Shown in pieces: positions 50,181 to 61,959 of a stretch of 64,000 nucleotides of DNA. The stretch covers positions 62,001-126,000 of the forward strand of contig NIVC01002991.1 in NCBI GenBank assembly GCA_002269645.1. Direction: 5' to 3'. This DNA is from Macrostomum lignano (Eukaryota). Each line of letters opens with the position of its first letter. Position 1 is the first letter of the stretch. The notes under the pieces were generated by a model. It had not been told where the DNA came from and did not search any database. It was given only the letters and a program-made list of their open reading frames with translations. A program made the translations under genes and the position numbers.

Positions 50181-50350
50181 GGGACTGTAGCCTAGTCCCC
50201 CCTGCCCCCAGTCCCCGGACCGAACAGCCGTACGCAGCCTTCAGATGCGCCGCGCAATAGCTGCGGCTGAGCTGTCGGTTGCACATCTGCCACTTGGGCA
50301 GGTGTAATCAATTATTGTTATTATTAATATTATTATTACTACTATTATGT
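50181..50350 (+). mobile_element. 5'-truncated 3' tail of the same SINE (or partner LINE) with (TAT)n tail
   Basis: 50195-50315 matches the 3' tail of the minus-strand SINE (with an about 22-nt insertion) and ends in TTATTATTA repeats. Confidence 0.65.
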
Positions 50351-50675
50351 AATATTGAATATATTAGCAATCCATTCTAATAGCCAACAAAATTAAAACA
50401 AAAAAGAATCCGGATTTCAAGTTAAGCCTACCAAAGCACAGTACCGATAGCAGCAAAATTATTTTTAGTCCAGAAAAAACGGAAAAATTTTGCAAGATCG
50501 ATATTTCAATCATTAGTTTAGTTTGGCGCCTATTGCAATACAGAGGAGTCAAGCCGATGGGGTGTTGGGTAGCCTAGGACAAGCTCTTAATAACCCGACT
50601 AGTGCAGCTGAGCCGCGCTTGCTAAAAAGTTACAAACGAGTGCTTATGGGCCTGTTGCCTGACTGTTTTGGCTAG

Positions 50676-50819
50676 CTAGTTCCAAAAGTCGCCAGCAGCA
50701 AAAGCAGACTGCTGTTGAGCAGCGTATTGCTGCGGCTGCTGCTGCTGCTGCTGCTGTTGCGGAAAGCCAGCAGAATTGGCGGCACCTTTGAAGTTTAATC
50801 CGGCCATCTGGCTCTGTAT
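50676..50819 (-). CDS. SMAP: SMAP-type ArfGAP, exon 2 (terminal)
   Basis: Acceptor TTCCCACAG ending 50820, phase 0; IQSQMAGLNF...GDFWN*, resembling the SMAP C-terminal QMAGMNF region and terminal W. Confidence 0.75.
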   Translation of the reverse strand: MQSQMAGLNFKGAANSAGFPQQQQQQQQPQQYAAQQQSAFAAGDFWN

Positions 50820-51812
50820 CTGTGGGAATTGCCGCAAACGGTTAATAGTACTAATACTATTATTATTATTATACATTATTAGCTAAAGTTACTGAATTAT
50901 TGTGGACATGGCGGGCCGCTGACAGAGCAAGTAAAAGGGCAAAGAAAGTTCAAATGGGCTTTGAAAATTTCATTGTTGAAAAAAGCAGTTGCAATGGCAG
51001 ACACCCAAGCCGTGGAATGGGACATTCGAAGTTGAAAATCCCAATTTGAAGTCTTTCATGGTTCGAAGCTACGAATTCAACGGAACGGGGAGAATCTCAT
51101 CTGGTTTGTCTATGGCCTAATCCCATCTTTTGAAAGGCAATTTAAACATTTGATTAATAATTGTATATTGTTACCCCTCCTTTGCGGGCAGAAGGGGCGG
51201 GAGTGGTAACAATATACAATTGCTTTTGTCAGCGAAGTCGACAATAAAAGGCGATTCAAGTTCAGCCTTGATCCTATGCTCTTTCTTTACCAGCGAAATG
51301 GCCGTTTATGGCCAAACCTCACCAAAAATAAAGCCTGAGAACTCGAAACGAGGCCAATTACCCAGTTCACAGGCCTGAATCTGTAGATTAAGTCTACTCG
51401 ATCATTGCCTGCTCTTTTGGTGTCTATGGCGAGAACCGCGATCTAGGCCTTTCTCCCATAGACAACAAAATAACAGACAAATAATATATGCAGAGAATTT
51501 CAAAGCAAGTATTCTGGCCACAGAGAACTTCATTTATAGTATATACCATAGACATGGATCTTATACTTAAGTATTGCGATGAAATATATTTTTTTCGTCT
51601 ATGTCCATAGACTACTGACGATTAGTTTTCAGTAGTGCAAGCGAACATTGTTTGTCCCCGAGTCATTATTGGGTGTCATTTTCTATTCATTGTCTGAATG
51701 GGGAGTGGCCAGTGGCCTATCTAGTGTATATAAGATCTATAATCTATCCTACAATAAAGTGCTAAAAATTAGTATAGAGGAAACCAAATAAAAAATATTA
51801 AGCAACACTTAC

Positions 51813-53156
51813 TTGTAGCAAATAAGCAGACTGATTATTGACATAGCCTGGTGGCTGAAATCCATAGTGCTGCTGCTGCTGCTGCTGTTGCTGAGAAGAC
51901 GGTGTCGGCACGCCGCCAAATTGCGGCGGACCAAACTGCCCACCTGTTGAGTAGAGAGCGCCAGCAGTTTGACTGTACAGAGCCGAGAACTGCTGCTGCT
52001 GCTGCTGTTGAGGTTGATGTTGCTGCTGCAGAAATGGATATTGTTGCTGCTGCGAAAATGAATATTGCTGTTGCTGCTGCGGCATAGGCTGGTAGCCAGT
52101 TGAATTGGCTACAGAAGCTAGTTGAGGAGTACTCATCGAGTATTGCATCCCGCCAAAGTGTTGCTGCTGCTGATTGTGAGCTAGAAATCCGCCGCCTCCA
52201 CTAGAAGCAGCAGCAGCAGCAGCGGTATTCTGCTGACCATACAAAGCCATGATAGAATCTTTCATAGATTTCTTTGGAGCAGCGGCGGTGTTGGCAGAAT
52301 TAGAAGAATCGCTGGCAAACAGGTCGGCAGCAGTGGCGGTCGTGGCGCTGCCCTCGCTTAAGAATGCCAAATCGTTGGCGTGCGAGCTGACGACTCCGCC
52401 ACCGCCACCGCCGCCGCTAGAGAAGTCGCCAAATCCGTCATCGGCCAGACCGCCAAGCAGATCTGGCGGCGGCTGCTGCGGCACTGCTGAAGGAGGTGCC
52501 GGCTGCTGTGGCTGCTGCGGGGGCGGTTTCTCAGGCTTTGATTGAGACGCAGCCTGCGGCGGAGGCTTCACTGCCGCGGTGGTGTTGCCAGCAGAGCGCC
52601 TGGCTGGCGCGGGCGCGGGCGCCGGCAGCTTCGGCGACACGCCGTCAGCGGCGGCAGAGTTAGCAGCGGCGGCAGCTCGTCGCTGAGCAGTGTTGGTCTT
52701 GAGCAGATCGTACACAGCAGCTGGATCGGGTTTAGGCAGCACCCAGTCCCTGGCTAAGTAGCGCTTCTCCTCATACTTAGCCTTGATGAACTGCTCAAGC
52801 GTGGCGTCCGTCTGCGGCCGACGGAATCCATCCGGCACGTTGGCCTCGTAGGCGGCTCTGGCTAGCGAGTTACCAATAGCGGCCACCCCAGCCACCTGTT
52901 CGGCTGTCCAGGAGTCCAAGTTGACAGATTTCACTCGCGAGATGTGCACGCCCAGCTTCCTGTGGATGCCGGCGCATCTGATGCAGAGGAATACGCCAAT
53001 GTTCCAGCTGGCCCAGCGGGGACTTTTAGCATCGCAGTCGGCGCAGTACTTATTGTCCTCGTCTCTTAGCAGCATGCCCAGCACGTCCTGGAGTAGGTCC
53101 TTCTCGCTCTTTGCAGCTGCTAGCTTGCCAGAGCGGTGTCCAGTGCTGGATGACAT
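51813..53156 (-). CDS. SMAP: SMAP1/2-type stromal membrane-associated ArfGAP, exon 1 (full protein 495 aa)
   Basis: CADC-x16-CIRCAGIHR ArfGAP zinc finger with catalytic Arg; clathrin-box-like DLLGGL; [13 protein letters not shown] (SMAP KDSILSLYG motif); phase-0 donor CAA|GTAAGT at 51812. Confidence 0.92.
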
Positions 53157-53622
53157 AGCAAGGTCAGTAGGATTGTCTGCTTCAGCTATTAATGGGGTGA
53201 CGCTACTCTAGGGGCTGGACTGCAGGTTCATAAATAGAAAATTGGTATAGTCCATTTAACAATAAACAACTATAATAAGATAAATATTCTCTATTTAATT
53301 CTAGAGAATATTTATTATATTAAATAGCTTTCTAGGCTATAAGCAAAGTTGTTCATAAAAAAGGGATAACATTGGCCATAGACAAAATGATAAATACCTT
53401 TTTCTACTTTGGTTAAAAGAATTATAAAGGGAGCTAAGAAAATTTATTACTTCTATCAACCTTACTATCCTTCTTTGCGAAATATTATTTGTAACCTATC
53501 AAAACATTAGAATATACAAGTAAAAATTTATTATTTCTATATTAATTAATTTAAAAAAAATATTACTAGGCCTATATTATCTTACACTTGATGCATTTCA
53601 ATCAACTCAGATTATTATCAAG

Positions 53623-53813
53623 CAGGTGCGGATCCAGGAATTTCTTGAGGGAGGGGCAACTTTTTTCATACTGCCCCGAGTAGGAACCTATCCCAAGGCC
53701 TAAGCCCTTTCTTTATTTAGAAGGGGGCCAAAGGCCAAAAGCAGAATTTTTTTCGAGGCAGCTGAGGGGGGGGGGCCATGGCCCCCTTGCCCCCCTCCCA
53801 GGATCTGCCACTG
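53623..53813. mobile_element. 191-bp hAT-like MITE
   Basis: Imperfect TIRs CAGGTGCGGATCC / (rc) CAGTGGCAGATCC; perfect 8-bp flanking duplication TTATCAAG at 53615-53622 and 53814-53821; GC-rich insert in AT-rich spacer. Confidence 0.8.
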
Positions 53814-55834
53814 TTATCAAGCAATATAAACTTAAAGTCGCTTTTATTAGAAACACAGGTTATAAACAATGTGGATTATGTAAAAAGTGAATTAAAAAAT
53901 TTGTAGGCCCCCTACTCAAAGTTTTTAAGTATATTAGATCAAGATAAATTGAGCAAACAAGTGTTAGCAAAGTAAACAAAGTAAACAAAACAGAGTGCAA
54001 AAAGTATATGTGCACTTCTTTTCTAAAAGACTCAGAGTAAATGACCTACACCACCATGCACCAGCTAAGTATTTTATATTCAAATCAATATAGGCCTATT
54101 CAATTCAAATATAAATAAGCCCCCTACCAATGACAAAGTTATCAAATCAAACTAAATATAGTAACTAACAATAGTATTAGGCCTAATGTATAATGTTGTA
54201 TGTTGTATTTATTAATTTTTAAATATAACTAGGGCATGAGATATTTAGACAATCTATTTGTCTTGTCTTAGTCTGGGTTTTATGCCTACTAATTTGCTTT
54301 GTTAATGCTCATTGTGCTGGCACAGTGATAGTAACAAAAGAAATAATTTTGTATTAATTAACAACTCTTCAAAAGAGCACAAATAAAGGCTCTCCTGATC
54401 CTAGAGCAAGCAAAAGTCAACTAAAAATGTAAGAATAACTTAATAAGATATGTCGTCATAACTGACTAAAGTCCCTAGGCCGCCTAGCTCTAGGGCCTCG
54501 GCTTAAATAGTGATGACACTAAATCTGCAAAACAAAAATCATAAGATTTTTTATTTTTTTCACGTTTGAGTCACCAGTCACACAATCATTATTAATATTG
54601 GTAAATGAGAAATGTGATATATTTTTGTGATGATTTCGTGATACTCTCATTTCTATAGATTTCAAGGACTACTTAAGTCATCCTTGATAAATAAATTTCT
54701 TTCGGGCTGCTTTACACTTTTTTAAACAAAACATGTTGAACGAATTGCAAAATTAGACTTAAAAGTAAATTCAGCTATTCCTTACGCTTATTTATCGCTT
54801 TTAAACTTAAAAAACTTCACTACCTTTGATAAAACATTGTTTACAGAAAGTATCAATGTTGCTTTTAATTTATTATTGATTTTATATTAATTCCAGTGAC
54901 TATTCAATATTCGAGATTTTGTTGTGATCTGTTTGATCAAAAACACATAGTACATGCATGAGTGTTAAGACAGCGAAAGGTGCTTTTTTGTAGTAAATCA
55001 GCTGCAATAATAGCAATGAAGCTTACGTTAGCTAAATCTTGTTTGCATGGATTCCTGCCTCCTGCGCAGCGCACTATACGGCACTAGCATATATTTCAAT
55101 GTTATAAATAATTTTCACCAAACAATTAGTTAATTATTTTTGAGCTTTAGAATAAATCATGTATCTTATTTCAAATTCTTATCTTAATGGATATTAGAGG
55201 TAGGTAGAAAGCTTAGAATTTTAGCAAAATTTTCTTTTTAGTCACACAGTTATGTAGTCAAGTTAAGCAGTGTGCTTATGTGCCGTTAGTTTGTTAATTT
55301 GTCAGTAGCTAGATGCACGTTTTAAGGACCGTTTCTTTCTATACAGTCACAGAAATAGAAAAATGAGTATTAAATGAATAAATCGCTTTACTTTTTGATT
55401 TATCATATTGGCCTACCTATCATAAACCACTTGCTTTATGAATTTTAAATGATGCCTTTCTGGTATATCTAAATTGTTAAATGTTCTAAACACATAAAAT
55501 ATACTTCTCCACGAAATTAATTTTTAACCTAATTTTAACTTCAATATCATGGCCCAGTTGTTCCATTTTTTCTCTAGACTTTCTCTACTTTTCTACAACT
55601 TATAAACAAAGTTTACTTAAGAGTAAAAATAAGTTGTGCTTGTTTAATAACTCTTGATAAATATTTCCCTATTTTCTATATCTTTTTGAAGTCGAAGACC
55701 TACTTTATCAATAATTGTTTTCAATAATAAATAAACATTCTAGTTTTTTACTGTAAGTAATCCAAACATTTTTTCTTTCCAGTCGCCATAGTTTCAAGGC
55801 TTCAACAACCAAAATTATCATTCAAGGCTTGGCA

Positions 55835-56197
55835 ATGTCTGGTGAAAACAAAGACAATGGTGACCCCTACTACTGCTCGGAGCAGATTCAGATCCCGCCC
55901 CCATTGCCAGACATCCTGAAGCAATTCACCAAATCTGCAATCCGCACCCAGCCGCCAGATGTGCTGGCTTGGGCAGCCGCTTACTTCCGTGCCATGGCCG
56001 ACGGTGAAACTCCGCCAGTGAAGGAGCGCCTCGAGATGGCAACCGCAACGCAGAAGACGGACACCGGTCTCACTCCCGGTCTGCTCCGAGTGCTCAACAA
56101 GCAGCTGGGCCCAAAGAAGCAAGTTGAAGTAAGCGACATCACAGAAAAATGGAAGGCGCTAAATCTGCCGGAAGAGCGTCTGCAGGAACTGTTCCAG
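55835..56197 (+). CDS. ROPN1L: Ropporin-1-like protein, exon 1 (RIIa-type D/D domain)
   Basis: YCSEQIQIPPPLPDILKQFTKSAIRTQPPDVLAWAAAYF; phase-0 donor CAG|GTGAAT at 56198. Confidence 0.92.
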
Positions 56198-56394
56198 GTG
56201 AATACTGAATGCCATTCAGGGTGCAATCAGCGTATTTTTGTGATATTCGTTTTAGATAGCGAATCCTTTATTAAAATACAGTATGCATACATTGTACCAC
56301 CAGGAATGTGCTCTTAGCGGCTCGATAGTTCTAGCACAGTCCGCTCCGTTCAGCGGGTCAAAAATATTTTTATGACAGGCTGTTTTTTAGAGGA

Positions 56395-56995
56395 ACTTGG
56401 CTCACCTAGCACCTGACTTGGTTACCCTAGCACCTGACAATTGGCTCACCTAGCACCTGACTTGGTTACCCTAGCACCTGACAATTGGCTCCCCTAGCAC
56501 CTGACTTGGTTACCCTAGCACCTGACTTGGCTCCCCTAGCACCTGACTTGGTTACCCCAGCACCTGACTTGGCTCCCCTAGCACCTGACTTGGTTACCCC
56601 AGCACCTGACTTGGCTCCCCTAGCACCTGACTTGGTTACCCTAGCACCTGACAATTGGCTCCCCTAGCACCTGACTTGGTTACCCCAGCACCTGACTTGG
56701 CTCCCCTAGCACCTGACTTGGTTACCCTAGCACCTGACAATTGGCTCCCCTAGCACCTGACTTGGTTACCCCAGCACCTGACTTGGCTCCCCTAGCACCT
56801 GACTTGGTTACCCCAGCACCTGACTTGGCTCCCCTAGCACCTGACTTGGTTACCCCAGCACCTGACTTGGTTACCCCAGCACCTGACTTGGCTCCCCTAG
56901 CACCTGACTTGGTTACCCTAGCACCTGACAATTGGCTCCCCTAGCACCTGACAATTGGCTTCCCTAGCACCTGACAATTGGCTCACCTAGCACCC
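56395..56995. repeat. 21-bp alternating minisatellite (42-bp higher order) in ROPN1L intron
   Basis: CCTAGCACCTGACTTGGTTAC alternating with CCTAGCACCTGACTTGGCTCC. Confidence 0.95.
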
Positions 56996-57107
56996 GGCGC
57001 CCCTAACAACTAAATCAATTTGCACCTTTTTGCACTGAGTTTGCGCCTTTGCAACTGAATTGACTCCCTTACAACTAACTTGGCGGCCTCTAGCAATTGA
57101 ATCATTT

Positions 57108-57121
57108 GTCGCCCTAGCAAC
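57108..57121. promoter_or_regulatory. Candidate RFX X-box in ROPN1L intron
   Basis: GTCGCCCTAGCAAC fits GTNRCC(N0-3)RGYAAC; lies within a degenerate repeat. Confidence 0.3.
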
Positions 57122-57293
57122 TGAAATTGCGCCCTAGAAACTGAATTGTCGTCCTTGCAACTGAATTGAAGCCCTTAAAACCTAACTTGGCGCCCCTGGA
57201 ACCCAAAACGACCCTGCTGTATACCCTGTAACCAGCAGCAACACAACACCAAAACAAAATAACGCAAAGACTGGCGAACTCCTAACTACCCAG

Positions 57294-57605
57294 ATCGGCG
57301 ACTTCACTGGCAAAGTGGAATGGCTGAAATTCTTCGCCGTCGCTTGCGCCTCCCTGTGCAGCGACCTGACCGGCACCATGAAGCTCATCTGCGAGCAGCT
57401 CACCGCCGATCCTGAGGGCGGCCCGGCTCGAGTGAATTTCGACACTTGGAAGCGATTGTACACCTACCTGTACCAGCTGAACTCAGAGGCCGATCCGCAA
57501 GTGATGGAGGCGGCTCTCGGCTACCTGGCCTCGGATGTCGAGCGTCAGAAAGGCGTCATCCAGCCCAGGAACTTCCTGCACCAGGACTGCCCGCCGTTGC
57601 AGTGA
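57294..57605 (+). CDS. ROPN1L: Ropporin-1-like protein, exon 2 (full protein 224 aa)
   Basis: Branch-like CCTAAC plus acceptor CAG 57291-57293; IGDFTGKVEWLKFFAVAC...LTADPEGGPARVNF (ROPN1L DPEGGPARI motif); TGA 57603-57605. Confidence 0.92.
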   Translation: MGDFTGKVEWLKFFAVACASLCSDLTGTMKLICEQLTADPEGGPARVNFDTWKRLYTYLYQLNSEADPQVMEAALGYLASDVERQKGVIQPRNFLHQDCPPLQ

Positions 57606-58854
57606 TATTCAACAAATACTACTGATAGCATAACCTACTGTCTACGAGTGTTTTGTCTATTAATTTGAAATCATATTTTTTCTTGTCGTTTTTTCAAAGC
57701 TTACTACTAATAGTAAGTAGATCACGTTGAGTTATTAAATCTATGAAGGCTATTTTTCGCCGCAAAATGCACCAGAAAGATGCGTACGAAGTAATTGGAC
57801 AGACAGATTTTCAGAAGCACGAGAACTCACTAGTTTCATTTGAAGGTCAAGGTTTCGATTTTCTAGCAAAAAGGAAATTTAGCCTTAAAATAGCCACATC
57901 TGTAGTTTGTACCTTAAAAGAAGCCTAATTAGATTTCCGAGATTTATAACAAAAAACGGCAGTGATTTTTACTACTTGTAAATTATGATTATTTTTTAAT
58001 CCATGATATATCTGATAAAGGTATTTTAAACCTTTAATATTCGATCTGTTTGTGCACTGTTTGAATTTTTATTGAAATTTTCAATATTTCCTTTGCTGTG
58101 ATCAATATCTGGCCCAAGTTTCGTAGCAGTCTAACGTAAAAATGTGTTTTTTAAATTGTTGTTTTTCAATCAAATTCTAGATTAGTTCTCGATAACAAAG
58201 TGAAAGACAGTTTTTTCAGGTGTTAACACTTCCCTAAACCCTGGCTAGGTTTAGAGAAGCTTATATCCTCGCAAGACTTATAACATAATTTTTTTCAAAA
58301 TAAAATATCTAATTATTAACTCAACGAGCCACACCGAGTTTAATAAACATGATATATGTACCCCGTTTGTTTAAATACACGATTTACACAGTTAAAAAAC
58401 AGTGCAACAAGTCAGCAAATGATGATAACATGATTAATAAGCCACAAAGTTATGCTGGCTGTTTTGCTTTTAGGAAATCATTTTTCCTCTAAAATAAAAA
58501 AGAGACCAAGGCCTTGATTAAAGGCCAGAGTAAAAACTTTCTTAGATTTTAACAGATTAATAAAACAAAGTTTTTGCATTTTTTGGAAAGCAAATATTTT
58601 TTATTATTAAGCTTAATTATCTGTTACAATTTGATTTAATTAATTAATAAGATACAAAATTCACAAGGAGCATGTAGTTTTGAGTAACACACTTACACTT
58701 TATCCGGATGCCTCAAACGAAACTGATATCATAGAAAATGCTTTGTAACACGCGCGCAATATTTTAGCTTGAACTATTTTATTTAACCACGATCTGGATA
58801 AGGTTTTGAATGAGTTCAAGTGCTGAGTATGCAGTATAAGTTATCAGTGAGGGA

Positions 58855-59330
58855 GATGGGAGGGCAGGGAGATGGGAGGACAGGGAGATGGGAGGACAGG
58901 GAGATGGGGAGGACAGGGAGATGGGAGGACAGGGAGATGGGAGGACAGGGAGATGGGAGGACAGGGAAAAGGGAGGACAGGGAGATGGGAGGGCAGGGAG
59001 ATGGGAGGACAGGGAGATAGGAGGACAGGGAGATGGGAGGACAGGGATATGGGAGGACAGGGAGATGGGAGGACAGGGAGATGGGAGGACAGGGAGATGG
59101 GAGGACAGGGAGATGGGAGGACAGGGAGATGGGAGGGCAGGGAGATGGGAGGACAGGGATATGGGAGGACAGGGAGATGGGAGGACAGGGAGATGGGAGG
59201 GCAGGGAGATGGGAGGACAGGGATATGGGAGGACAGGGAGATGGGAGGACAGGGAGATGGGAGGACAGGGAGATGGGAGGACAGGGAGATGGGAGGACAG
59301 GGAGATGGGAGGACAGGGAGATGGGGATAG
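58855..59330. repeat. 16-bp G-rich minisatellite, about 29 copies
   Basis: Unit GGGAGGACAGGGAGAT. Confidence 0.95.
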
Positions 59331-59414
59331 CAGAAAAGGATAAGTAATTTGGCCAATCAGGATAAGCGTGAAGCTAGCCAGATTATTCAATAAAGAAAAG
59401 AATGGAGTTGAAGA

Positions 59415-59783
59415 TCACTGCCGCATGGTGGCCCTATTCATAACATCGTCAAGGGACACTGGGTGCCATTGGCCCTCAGTCAGCCAGTAAATTACGCCGC
59501 GTTCAACGCAAATTTGTAGCCGACCAAAATTGAACACCTGCTTGCCGTGATGCCGGCGGCCGGTGGGGGCGAACACGATGCCGTGCTCCTGGGCCCGGCG
59601 TTCTAGAAGGTCCCTGGCGCCCAGCAGGCCGTGATTATAGTTCACTACAGTGGCTGGCTGAGCCTGCGGCGCTACGGAAGAGCTGGAAGCGGTGGCCGCG
59701 GCGGCGGCAGCGGCAGCGGCGCCGGCGGCTACAACGGCAGCCGGTTCCTGGCCGGAGAAGGCGGCGTCCATCAGGCGAAGGGC
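59415..59783 (-). CDS. TFIP11: TFIP11 exon 4 (terminal)
   Basis: Acceptor CCCGCAG ending 59784; ALRLMDAAF...LLERRAQEHGIVFAPTGRRHHGKQVFNFG...WHPVSLDDV (TFIP11 C-terminal domain); TGA. Confidence 0.88.
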   Translation of the reverse strand, partial: ALRLMDAAFSGQEPAAVVAAGAAAAAAAAATASSSSVAPQAQPATVVNYNHGLLGARDLLERRAQEHGIVFAPTGRRHHGKQVFNFGRLQICVERGVIYWLTEGQWHPVSLDDVMNRATMRQ

Positions 59784-59859
59784 CTGCGGGATGGTGAATT
59801 AAATAATTAGAGTAGAAATATATTAAAATAGAGGAGAGGGAGGTGAGAAAGCAGGATGG

Positions 59860-60010
59860 AAGAGGAGAGATGAGAAAAGAGAGATGAGAGGAGAAGAGAG
59901 ATGAGGGGAGAAGAGAGATGAGAGGAGAAGAGAGATGAGGGGAGAAGAGAGATGAGGGGAGAAGAGAGATGAGAGGAGAAGAGAGATGAGGGGAGAAGAG
60001 AGATGAGAAA
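59860..60010. repeat. 17-bp GA-rich repeat in TFIP11 intron 3
   Basis: GAGATGAG(G/A)GGAGAAGA units. Confidence 0.85.
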
Positions 60011-60094
60011 GGTTAGGAAAGAGGAAGTGAGGGTAGAACAGGCAGAGAAAGTATAACGATGCAGAGCGGGTAGGCGAAAATCGGGTGCACAGAC

Positions 60095-60508
60095 CTGACC
60101 CAGCTGGTGCTGCACCCCGGGCAGGTCCAGACACGCAGGTGGCAGCTGGTCCCGCCAGCCGGCGTACCAGGCGGCCACCTGGGCCATGTCGACACCGGGG
60201 CTGGCTAGCCAGGCCGACAGGGCCCGGTGAAATCCCGGGAAGAAGCCGCGCTCGAGCAGCGAAGCAATCTGCTGCGGACTGAGCAGATCCCACCAGGCCT
60301 TGCACCAGACCCACTGCTCCAGCGGCTGGCCAGACGGGTCAATTCGCATCCCGGACAGACAGTCGATCAGCTTGGGCAAAACGTGCCGCTGCAGGAAGGC
60401 CGCCAGCAGTTGGGGTCGCACGGCGCCGCGCCATGGCGTTAGGACGCCTTTGGCACTCAGGTCGTCCGGGCGCCACTGGCCAAAGCACTGGCCGAGCTTC
60501 TGCAATAC
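60095..60508 (-). CDS. TFIP11: TFIP11 exon 3 (GCFC domain)
   Basis: Acceptor CTGCAG ending 60509, donor CAG|GTCTGT 60094, 414 nt phase 0/0; VLQKLGQCFGQWRPDDLSAKGVLTPW...WYAGWR. Confidence 0.88.
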
Positions 60509-60599
60509 CTGCAGTATTCGTGTGTTAAGGTATTGGTTATACAGGCTTTGGCATCATTGCCAGATCCGCAATATTTAGCAGCAGAAAACTACGGATAAG

Positions 60600-60895
60600 C
60601 ATCAGATAGCAATGGATAAGCATCAGATCCCAATGGATAAGCATCAGATCCCAATGGATAAGCATCAGGTCACAATGGATAAGCACCAGATCCCAATGGA
60701 TAAGCATCAGGTCACAATGGATAAGCATCAGATCCCAATGGATAAGCATAAGAACCCAATGGATAAGCATCAGGTCACAATGGATAAGCATCAGGTCACA
60801 ATGGATAAGCATCAGATCCCAATGGATAAGCATCAGATCCCAATCGATAAGCATCAGATACCAATGGATAAATACCAGGTCACAATGGATAAACA
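60600..60895. repeat. 21-bp minisatellite in TFIP11 intron 2
   Basis: Unit ATGGATAAGCATCAGATCCCA / ...GGTCACA; explains ORFs 60612 and 60537. Confidence 0.93.
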
Positions 60896-60907
60896 GCAGT
60901 CTCTCAC

Positions 60908-61732
60908 CTGCTCGTGCATGGCATCCAGCGCCAGCTCGGCAGACCAGGGCTGCAACCACTCGTGCACAGGCTGCGGATCCCTAGTCGGATCCCACAGTTG
61001 CAGCTCCCTCTGCAGCGCGGGCTTCACAACGGTATTAATCAGATCTTCAATGCCGGGCGCCTGGCCTCGCAGCGCCTGCACCAAAGCCAGAGCTTCGGCC
61101 GGTTGCCTCGGACTCCACTGGGCCAGCGCGCGTCGAACCTGCGGCAGCAGCGACTCGGACAGGATGGCGTCAATTGAATCGTTGGCAGGCGCCAGAGCTT
61201 CGCGCACCAGCCGAGCGCAAGCGGCGCCTCTGCCGGGCTCTAGCAGAGGTTGCCAGCCATCCAGAGAGCGCCTAGCAGCCGGTGTAACCATAGCAGCGGC
61301 TAGCGGCCGGTACGCGGCCGGCGCTGACTGCAGAAACTTCTTGGCCAGGTCGCACACGTCCGGCAGGCCGGCGCCCCGGTTAGCAACCGAGTCGTAGGCG
61401 TCCAGCAGCCGGATGAGGCTGTCCAACTCGGCTAGCTGAACAGCCCGACGGCCTCGCTGCAGTCGCTGGGTCTCGGCTCGCAGGCTGGCCAATTTGTCGC
61501 GATCCTCCCGCTGCTGCCGATCGGTTCGAACGATTTCAGCCTCGGCTGCGTCGGCCAATCTGGCCAGGTTGTGCATCAGGGCGGGACAGTCGAACCGGCA
61601 CTGGCCACCCTGCTGCTGCTGGCCCTCGGCTGCTGCCGAACCGAGCGCGTCATCGTCCGCGCCGGCCGCCGATCGGGATAGCGCCGAATAGCCGTCGTAC
61701 ACCCGCTGCTGAGGCCCGGTCATGTCGATCAC
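60908..61732 (-). CDS. TFIP11: TFIP11 exon 2
   Basis: Acceptor ATCCAG ending 61733, donor CAG|GTGAGA 60907, 825 nt phase 0/0; VIDMTGPQQRVYDGY and WDPTRDPQPVHEWLQPW motifs. Confidence 0.9.
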
Positions 61733-61959
61733 CTGGATAGAATATTGGGTAGATACGATAGCTGGGATTAAACGATAACTACGAACTGGTATAGGGTAAA
61801 ATTAACAACAACCTGAAGGACTAGGGGTACTACAGGCTGAAAAACTGAATAGAGACAGTAACAATGGCCTGAAGGACGAGATCGAGAGAGGGGTAACAAT
61901 GACCTGAAAGACAGGAGAGAGGGGGTAAAATGATCTGAAGGACAGGAGAGGGAGGAAAA

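Noticed and set aside
49858-50315. MITE with about 100-bp terminal inverted repeats
   Set aside because: Better explained as two oppositely oriented SINE 3' tails; the interior has Pol III A/B boxes and no TSD is evident.
55753-55796. 30-nt GTAAGT...AG mini-intron and X-box-like GTCGCCATAGTTTC upstream of ROPN1L
   Set aside because: The intron would be implausibly short, and the motif lacks the essential GYAAC half-site.
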